From: Candidatus Obscuribacter sp.
GTDB taxonomy: Bacteria; Cyanobacteriota; Vampirovibrionia; Obscuribacterales; Obscuribacteraceae
Direction of reading: 5' to 3'
DNA length: 64,000 nt
Assembly (NCBI GenBank): GCA_021772135.1
Contig: JADYXQ010000026.1
Location: 340 to 64,339 of the forward strand
The translations under genes and the position numbers were made by a program. Of the stretch, positions 19,851 through 26,833 are shown piece after piece (the first letter of the stretch is position 1; every line of letters starts with the position of its first letter). The notes beneath the pieces are model-generated. The model searched no databases. It had not been told where the DNA came from and saw only the letters and a list, made by a program, of their open reading frames with translations.

Positions 19851-20777
19851 ATGCCAATGCCTGTTCTAGCCGTACTAGTTTTCACCTGTGTAGTGGCGAG
19901 CTGCGTACTGGTGCTCAGACCGGTGTTCGGCACATATGTCGACAACTATGGCGTGCGTATCCGTCCGCGCAAAGAAAAAGAAGACAGCGCTGCTGAAAAG
20001 CCAAAAGATTCGATAATTTTGAAATTGGCCGAATTTGTCGGTCAGTTCTCACTCTCATTGATGCCGGCCCTCGCCGACAAACGAACAGTACAACTGCTCA
20101 ACATGGCCAACTATCGTACACCTCACCACATGGCGATCTTCATCGGCGTTAAAGTGATACTGGTCGGCACGGTTTTGGTGATGACTTTCCTGGCTGCCAC
20201 CACTAATCCAATTATGTTACTGGGCGGACTAATTGGTGCAATCCCTACCTGGATTTTGCCTAACTTCTTTCTCGCCAGCCGCGTTAAACAGCGTCAAGAT
20301 CAAGTTCTGAAAGAGCTGCCGATCATCATCGATTTGATGATTGTATGTGCCCAAGCCGGTCTTGGTATGATGCTGGCGATCGACAAAGTATCAAAAGAAG
20401 TGCACATGTCTTGCCCAATTTTAAGCGTCGAACTTCAACAGCTAATTTCAGACGTAAAAGTATTCGCTAAATCCGTTCCTCACGCTTTGCGCGAAATGGG
20501 CGAGAGATGCGGCGTAGACGAGCTGATTAACATGGCATCAGCCCTGATTGCTGCAGAAGCAAAAGGTGCCGACATGTCATATCCGCTGCGTCAACAAGCC
20601 TCAGCACTTAGAGACAGACTGAAGCGTAAGAAAGAAGAAGAAGCCGGTAAAGTGCCGGTCAAAATGGTTCCGGTAATCATGATCTTCGTTATGCCTCTGA
20701 TTCTCTGCCCCATGCTTGGACCAGCCGTAGTCACAATCTTGAATGCTGTCGGACCGATTATGGCCGGCACGAAATAA
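19851..20777 (+). CDS. tadC: TadC-like pilus assembly inner-membrane protein (GspF-like)
   Basis: ELPIIIDLMIVCAQAGLG block and TM topology like TadB. It follows tadB directly. Confidence 0.8.
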   Translation: MPMPVLAVLVFTCVVASCVLVLRPVFGTYVDNYGVRIRPRKEKEDSAAEKPKDSIILKLAEFVGQFSLSLMPALADKRTVQLLNMANYRTPHHMAIFIGVKVILVGTVLVMTFLAATTNPIMLLGGLIGAIPTWILPNFFLASRVKQRQDQVLKELPIIIDLMIVCAQAGLGMMLAIDKVSKEVHMSCPILSVELQQLISDVKVFAKSVPHALREMGERCGVDELINMASALIAAEAKGADMSYPLRQQASALRDRLKRKKEEEAGKVPVKMVPVIMIFVMPLILCPMLGPAVVTILNAVGPIMAGTK

Positions 20778-20788
20778 GTCTGTTAGAA

Positions 20789-21151
20789 GTGATTAGATAC
20801 GTCAATAAAACGAAAAATACAGTAATGGCCGAACGTGTACGTTATGCGAAGACATTTATGACCAGGCTGAAAGGCCTGCTTGGTACTTCGGCGCTGTCAG
20901 ATGGTGACGGCCTGCTAATTTCTCCTTGCAGCAGCATTCATATGTTTGGCATGAAGTACGCTATCGATTGCGTTTTTCTCGACAAGCACAACACTGTTGT
21001 TGGTTTAGTGGAAAACATTCTGCCCGGAAAAATGTCGAAAAATTTTAGTAATGCCAGTCAATGTCTGGAGTTGCCCGCCGGTAAAATCGCCCGCACCGGC
21101 ACCACTGTCGGTAATGCACTGACCATCGAGAACACTACTTCAGGCGTTTAG
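20789..21151 (+). CDS. DUF192 (COG1430) domain protein
   Basis: RLKGLLG...GLLISPCSSIHMFGMKYAIDCVFLD pattern. Confidence 0.7.
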   Translation: MIRYVNKTKNTVMAERVRYAKTFMTRLKGLLGTSALSDGDGLLISPCSSIHMFGMKYAIDCVFLDKHNTVVGLVENILPGKMSKNFSNASQCLELPAGKIARTGTTVGNALTIENTTSGV

Positions 21152-21152
21152 A

Positions 21153-22529
21153 TCAACCAGTCTTTGGTACAGTGCTTCTGCTTGCAGCAGCGCTTGATTC
21201 GTGACGCAAACAAACGCATTGCAGAGCACATAAGAGCATGTTGATAAAAGCAAATGGCAAAGTAATTGACGCTTCGCCGATGATATTTTTGCCAGGGGCC
21301 AGAAGAAATATAAGCCAGCCCACCGGCGCATAGAGCAGCAAGGTCAGGGTCAACAATTCTTCAGGCCAGAAATGTTTTTTTGTTTCGAGAGAACGAAAAC
21401 GGCTATAGAGACTGGCGGAGAAGCTCGACGGCATAGTCAGCAGAGCCGGGATGCAGAGAAGAATGCAATCGTAAACGTTGGTATGTGGACTGGTGGTGAG
21501 ACATACGCAAACAGTCAGTGCCACCAGCCGTGCCATGAGGTCGGAGCGCTTTCGGCCGTGCTTGTACCAGAGCCAGGCCAGTGCCACCATTGCGGCAAGA
21601 CCGAGAGCCGATGCGATTTTCATTGCCAGATGCGGTGCTGTGAACAAACAGAATATGGCACGCAAATTAACCATTTGCTCAGGAAAAACACCACTGTAAA
21701 GTGAAGTTTGATCGGCAAATAAGACAATTTTGGGAAAATCAATAATGTTCTTTATGCCCACCGTAGCCGCTGCCAGAGCCAGCAAAACAGCTTCACCAGC
21801 GGCGGCGGCAATCAGAATACGCCAGCGAAAAGTTGCCAGTGCCGGGATAGCAAGAAAAATGCAGTATTGCGGCTTTATGGCTGTCAGAGCGAGTGTTGCT
21901 CCTGCAGACCAGTCAAGTTTTTTGCTCTGGCGCAGAAAGAAATAAAAATAGAGTGCTATCAAACCTAAAAGGTAGAGACTGAATTGACCAAGAGCATAAG
22001 CGCGAAACATGGGAATGGAGGCGAAAATAGCCAGCCATAAGGTGAGGAAATTGAGAGGGCCACGAAAAAAAATACTCTGGCGCGAAAGCAGCCAGGTAGC
22101 GCCTATGGAGAAAGCTAAGCCAAGAGTCCAGTAGATATGAAAGGCCTGGCTCATAGGCAACAGCGCCAGCGGCTTCATCAATGGAAAATTGATGGGCGGG
22201 TAGGCAATGTATTCGATTGGCTTTTTTGCATCAGTGAGGGAATATTCAGTCAAATATTTTTGCTGCAGATTGGCATCGTAAACATTTGCCCGTACATAAT
22301 CGTCTCCAGAAGCCATTTTCCCGCAGATATAATATTTGCTGAAATCGAGAAAGAGCATGTAGCTTTTTGCACGCATGCCCTCAAATTCGTTTTTTGCCCA
22401 CACAGTGCCCTGTGCGGTTAAAAAAACAATCGCTATGCAGGCAATCACGGCAACGTTGCCGGCATCGAAGCAACGCACCAGCCCACGCCATTTTAGTAAG
22501 GGTGCTCTTTCTTCGCTCTCACTGGACAT
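21153..22529 (-). CDS. polytopic membrane glycosyltransferase, GT-C fold (DUF2029/GT87-like)
   Basis: At least 10 TM helices and a YPPINFPLMKPL loop. Its start overlaps the epimerase 3' end. Confidence 0.65.
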   Translation of the reverse strand: MSSESEERAPLLKWRGLVRCFDAGNVAVIACIAIVFLTAQGTVWAKNEFEGMRAKSYMLFLDFSKYYICGKMASGDDYVRANVYDANLQQKYLTEYSLTDAKKPIEYIAYPPINFPLMKPLALLPMSQAFHIYWTLGLAFSIGATWLLSRQSIFFRGPLNFLTLWLAIFASIPMFRAYALGQFSLYLLGLIALYFYFFLRQSKKLDWSAGATLALTAIKPQYCIFLAIPALATFRWRILIAAAAGEAVLLALAAATVGIKNIIDFPKIVLFADQTSLYSGVFPEQMVNLRAIFCLFTAPHLAMKIASALGLAAMVALAWLWYKHGRKRSDLMARLVALTVCVCLTTSPHTNVYDCILLCIPALLTMPSSFSASLYSRFRSLETKKHFWPEELLTLTLLLYAPVGWLIFLLAPGKNIIGEASITLPFAFINMLLCALQCVCLRHESSAAASRSTVPKTG

Positions 22530-23364
22530 TTGCTTGGCTCGACACTTTTGCTTGCGCTTTTTCCGCTTGCCACCATTGAAATGTTTTGCTCAGACCGCTC
22601 TCGATATCAACTTTTGCCTCCCAGCCGAAATAATCGCGGGCTTTGAGGCAACATTCTTTATGACGCATCACTTCCGCTTTGCGATAATCGCTGGCCCCTA
22701 TGCCCGTGGCGCCTGCATATTCACAAAGTGCTGCAATTTTTTCAGCAATGTCTTTGAGTTTGCTTTCCGTCGATGAACCCAGGTTGAAAATGTGTCCTGC
22801 CAGATCGGGGCGCAGACCAAGGGTGGCAAGAGCGTCAATGCAATCATCGATATAAACAAAGTCTCGTGTTTGCTCTCCGGGGCTGAGCGCCGGGGTTTTG
22901 CCACTTAAGTAGCTATTGAACAAATAGGGAATGACCATGCCGCTGGCTTGTCCTGGACCATAAACAACCGATGGTCTGGTGATAATGACCGGCAAGTTGA
23001 AAGCTTGATGAGCGGCGATCAAAAATTGCGAACAGGACGCTTTTGCCGCAGAATAAGGCGATATTGGCGTCAACACTTGATCTTCCTTGAACGGAATTTC
23101 GCCACCGCCGTATTCTTCGGACGAACCGACGTGCACCAGAAGTGGCGGCTGTTCAAGTTGCAGCATTGCTTGGGCAAGATTAACCGTGCCACCAAATGTA
23201 ACGCGCACTTGCTCAGGCAATCTGGCGGCACTGCGGTCGCCGGCCGGCAGTGCCGCCAGGTGAAAAATTATTTGCGGTCTCACCGCTTTTAAGACCGATA
23301 AAACCTGCTCGGCATCACTGACGTCGAGTGCAATGGTTTTATTATTGTCGTCGGCCGGCTGCAC
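22519..23364 (-). CDS. NAD-dependent sugar epimerase/dehydratase (SDR); true N-terminus probably extends to ~23493
   Basis: Catalytic YSAAK motif. The open frame upstream of the listed GTG encodes TKVLITGGTGFLGRHLASQL (Rossmann GxxGxxG), with no ATG/GTG/TTG before an in-frame TAA at 23500-23502. Confidence 0.75.
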   Translation of the reverse strand: MQPADDNNKTIALDVSDAEQVLSVLKAVRPQIIFHLAALPAGDRSAARLPEQVRVTFGGTVNLAQAMLQLEQPPLLVHVGSSEEYGGGEIPFKEDQVLTPISPYSAAKASCSQFLIAAHQAFNLPVIITRPSVVYGPGQASGMVIPYLFNSYLSGKTPALSPGEQTRDFVYIDDCIDALATLGLRPDLAGHIFNLGSSTESKLKDIAEKIAALCEYAGATGIGASDYRKAEVMRHKECCLKARDYFGWEAKVDIESGLSKTFQWWQAEKAQAKVSSQANVQ

Positions 23365-23582
23365 ATTTGAATTAATGCGGTGGTCGCTGCAATAGACCTG
23401 AGCACGTTGGTGCCTTAGCTGGCTAGCAAGGTGCCTGCCAAGAAAGCCTGTGCCGCCAGTAATTAAGACTTTTGTGTTTTGATAATTACTGATTGTTTCT
23501 TACTCTTTTTGCTCTTTTAATCTAAAGCGCATGTTTCTCACGCTATAGACTCTTTTACCAGAAATTGCTGCCGTTATCACTC

Positions 23583-24308
23583 TCAACCTGCCGACATTTG
23601 TGGTGGTCTAAAATCTGGGCCAAATCTATTCTGGAAAACTTCGATAAACATGTCTGAAAGCCAGTAGGGCATCCAGGCGCATGAATTCATAATCATTCGA
23701 CAATCTTCGCGCTTCAAAATCGCAAGAGCTCTGGCTAGTGTGCCTCTTGCGACCTTGCCTTCGCCAAAGTGCCAGAGAGCGCGAACAACCTTGCCGACCA
23801 GATTATTTTCAATAAACATTTTTTTTGCGCATGCTGTGCGGAGATTGATGAATCGCATGCCTTCGGCTATACGAAACTTGCTTGTGCAGCCAGAAACAAT
23901 AAAACTGGGTTCTTCTTGTTGTTCCTCTTTCTTTTCAACTTCAAGCCCCAGGCTTGCGGCGGCATCTGCGCCATGTTGATGGCTTCGTTTTCCGAACGAG
24001 GAAGCCTTAAGAGTCGCTATTTCCAGATCTGAATAATTTGCATTTTTTGTTAGTGCACAGACAAACATGCCGTTGGCGATGCGAATCAGAGAACCTTCTT
24101 CAACAAGTCTGGAAAGTAGTTCTGGGTAATACGAATTTTCTTGGAAAAAGTTCGAAATTTTTCTGCTTTTTGTTCGAGCATTTGGTTGGATTGGTTTGAT
24201 TGTTTTTTTAGTGATAAATGAATGCGGGGATTTTTGGCTGTAAATCTGACAGTTTCGACTCCCCATTTTTGTCAGGAAAACAATGGAAAATCCCCCCGTC
24301 CAAATCAA
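23583..24308 (-). CDS. AbiEi-like / DUF6088-like wHTH protein (start uncertain)
   Basis: LLSRLVEEGSLIRIANGMFV (AbiEi-type wHTH), GADAAASLGL, VVRALWHFGEGKV, MPYWLSDMF blocks. Visibly AT-rich gene and flanks. Confidence 0.45.
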   Translation of the reverse strand: MIWTGGFSIVFLTKMGSRNCQIYSQKSPHSFITKKTIKPIQPNARTKSRKISNFFQENSYYPELLSRLVEEGSLIRIANGMFVCALTKNANYSDLEIATLKASSFGKRSHQHGADAAASLGLEVEKKEEQQEEPSFIVSGCTSKFRIAEGMRFINLRTACAKKMFIENNLVGKVVRALWHFGEGKVARGTLARALAILKREDCRMIMNSCAWMPYWLSDMFIEVFQNRFGPDFRPPQMSAG

Positions 24309-24380
24309 CGTAAATAAATGCCTGCCCCATCCGCCGGCTGGAGAGCCAAAAGCATTTGACCCCCCTCGTTATTACACAAA

Positions 24381-25133
24381 TTACTCCGAAGAGCTTTTCG
24401 AAGATAAACTTCGACGTAATCGTTTGCGCATGGCAAACATATTGCCAAGAAATTCAAAAATTGTAGACATGCGTACGTTCGACTGACCGCCAGCACGCTG
24501 TTTGAAAACAACGGGTACCTCTTCGATAGAAAACCCTAAGTTTCGAGCTGCCAGCATCATCTCAGCGTCAATGAACCAGTCGTTGCTGGTCAAGCCAAGG
24601 CGACGCAGCGCTGTGCGTCTTAAAATTTTAGGCTTTCCATTAATGTCATTGCAAATAGTGCCAAAAAATATTTTGAATAAAATGTTGTATCCCGTAGTTA
24701 TTACCAGACGTTTAAAACCATCTTCACGTTTGACTCTCACAACTTTGACAATTTCAGCAGTGGAAATTTTGGCAGCATTAAAGACTTTGACGACATCCTC
24801 GGCCGAGATTTGCTCATCTCCATCGATGTAACCAACCAGCTCGCCTCGTGCGGCCTCCAGGCCTGCTCTGATACCGGCGCCATAGCCGTGATTTTCTGCC
24901 AGGCTAACGAGCACAAGCTCGTGGTTTGTAGCAGCCAATGCTTGTGCCATGGCTGGTGTTCGATCAAGGCAGCCGTTGAGTACAACCACCAATTCAAATG
25001 CGTCGCCAGGAAAACTTGTGCGAAAGCGGCTCAGCAAATTGGTAATCATGTTCTCTACATTGTCTTGCTCGTTGTAGCAAGTTGTGACAATGGAGAATTT
25101 TGGCTCAAGACTTTCCAGTTTTTCACTGGGCAT
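24381..25133 (-). CDS. GT2 family glycosyltransferase (polyprenyl-phosphate sugar synthase-like)
   Basis: FSIVTTCYNEQDNV, NHGYGAGIRAGL, and the DGDEQ DxD motif. Confidence 0.85.
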   Translation of the reverse strand: MPSEKLESLEPKFSIVTTCYNEQDNVENMITNLLSRFRTSFPGDAFELVVVLNGCLDRTPAMAQALAATNHELVLVSLAENHGYGAGIRAGLEAARGELVGYIDGDEQISAEDVVKVFNAAKISTAEIVKVVRVKREDGFKRLVITTGYNILFKIFFGTICNDINGKPKILRRTALRRLGLTSNDWFIDAEMMLAARNLGFSIEEVPVVFKQRAGGQSNVRMSTIFEFLGNMFAMRKRLRRSLSSKSSSE

Positions 25134-26784
25134 TTTTGTTTTCTACCGTCGCTTGCGGAGTGAAGGAATATTCGCTCACCTCATATGAACTTGCCCTGCC
25201 GGGATACAACTTTGTCGCTCCAATTTTTTGTAATTTCTGTTGCAAGAATTTTTCAAGCTTATCAGTCACTTCGCCGGTGGGCATTTTGATTGAATTTGGT
25301 TTGTAGGTGTCGCGAATGAGCACTATTTTTTCAAATCCTTGTTCTTTAAATTTGGCCAGCTTGCCGGCATAAACGGTCCAAATAGCGGGATCGTGCCACC
25401 AGGAGGCGCGCTTCTCGTGCCTGGGAGGCAGTGAGCCTGAATAGGGATCGGCGAAACCAAGTAACTCCGGTAGCACGGTTTGTCCACACTCATGCTTCAA
25501 GTAATAGACAAGGATAATGCCCACAAAGTCAGGGGCGGTGATAAATGCCGATTTGCCGAATTTCCCAGCGCTGATGTCGCGTGCCAAAACCCTTAACCCC
25601 GAGCAGTCCTCGCAGGCTCGTGCTTTAGTTTCTAAAGCGGTCATCGCCACCATAGCCAGGAGCCAGATTAATAGACTTACTTTGACTAACTTCAGTTTTT
25701 TCTGATTGGCGTTGGCTCCAATGTGTGGGCGCAATAAGGCAGTGGCAAATAAGGCCAGAAGCACCCATGATGTGCAAGCCACCGGTGTCATGTAGCGCAC
25801 GTAACCAAAAATGTAAGGCGTAATGTAGCCAAATAAAGAGCATGAGGCCGCCAGGCAGGCCGCAAGGGTAACAATCCGACCATCGCCGACAACGTTTCTC
25901 ACAGATTGCCACAGCTGCTTTGGTCTCATTAAAATTGTCAGGGCCAGCGCTGTTGGGCAAAGTAATGTGACAAGCAAATAGCCTGCTACTACAGGTAGTG
26001 GCAGTGTGGCGCTGAGGTTACTGGCAAAAACAGTAAAAAACTGGCCCGGGGGCGTCACGTCCGCCCAGGGAGTGCCGACACTACGGTGATAATTAAGCAC
26101 CGGCCACCAGGCCAGCAGCGGAATGAATGGTGTTGCCAGAGCCGGAATGGCATAAAGAGATTTGTTGCCCGACTGCTGGCGATAAAAGATGGCCACCAAC
26201 CCCATGATGCCGATGTATAAAACCGAGATGTAGTGCGTCATCAGCAACAGAGAGCAAGTGAGGGCCAGTATCAATTGCGCCCCGAGACTGGTTTTGCCGT
26301 TTAAGAAGCGCATGTAGAGCGTCAATGCCGCAGCCGTAAGAAATCCGGCGACGGCATAGGTGCGAGCTTCATGACTGTAAACTATGGCCAAAATTGAGAT
26401 GGTGGCAAAGAATGCTGCCAGTAAACCAGTAGCGCTTTTGCCGGCGGCATCAGCTCCCGACGCTTCTTTGCCTAGCAGATAAACTACCGGTACGGTGAGC
26501 AGGCTGAAAATCAACGATGGCAGAGCCATGGCCACAGAGTTAATGCCCAGGGCCATGGTGAAAAATTTTAAGATGGAAAAATAAACCGGCGGGCTCATCT
26601 CCACTTCTTTTATACGACTGACCAGTTCGCTGAAATTGCCGGCCTCAATTACGTAGGCGCTGCAAGCGTCATCGATGGTAAGGCCGATATTGAGGAGCGG
26701 AGCCCGCAGAGCGAATGCCAGGCCCATCATCACTGCAATAATGAACCAGTCTCTTATATTGTTGTTTTCGTCTGCTGCATTCAT
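25123..26784 (-). CDS. polytopic membrane glycosyltransferase, GT-C fold (ArnT/PMT-like)
   Basis: About 12 TM helices plus a C-terminal soluble domain. Overlaps the GT2 start by 11 nt. Confidence 0.7.
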   Translation of the reverse strand: MNAADENNNIRDWFIIAVMMGLAFALRAPLLNIGLTIDDACSAYVIEAGNFSELVSRIKEVEMSPPVYFSILKFFTMALGINSVAMALPSLIFSLLTVPVVYLLGKEASGADAAGKSATGLLAAFFATISILAIVYSHEARTYAVAGFLTAAALTLYMRFLNGKTSLGAQLILALTCSLLLMTHYISVLYIGIMGLVAIFYRQQSGNKSLYAIPALATPFIPLLAWWPVLNYHRSVGTPWADVTPPGQFFTVFASNLSATLPLPVVAGYLLVTLLCPTALALTILMRPKQLWQSVRNVVGDGRIVTLAACLAASCSLFGYITPYIFGYVRYMTPVACTSWVLLALFATALLRPHIGANANQKKLKLVKVSLLIWLLAMVAMTALETKARACEDCSGLRVLARDISAGKFGKSAFITAPDFVGIILVYYLKHECGQTVLPELLGFADPYSGSLPPRHEKRASWWHDPAIWTVYAGKLAKFKEQGFEKIVLIRDTYKPNSIKMPTGEVTDKLEKFLQQKLQKIGATKLYPGRASSYEVSEYSFTPQATVENKNAQ

Positions 26785-26833
26785 CTACAGAGCTATAGTG
26801 CCCGGCGACGGCGCGATTAACACAATCACGATT

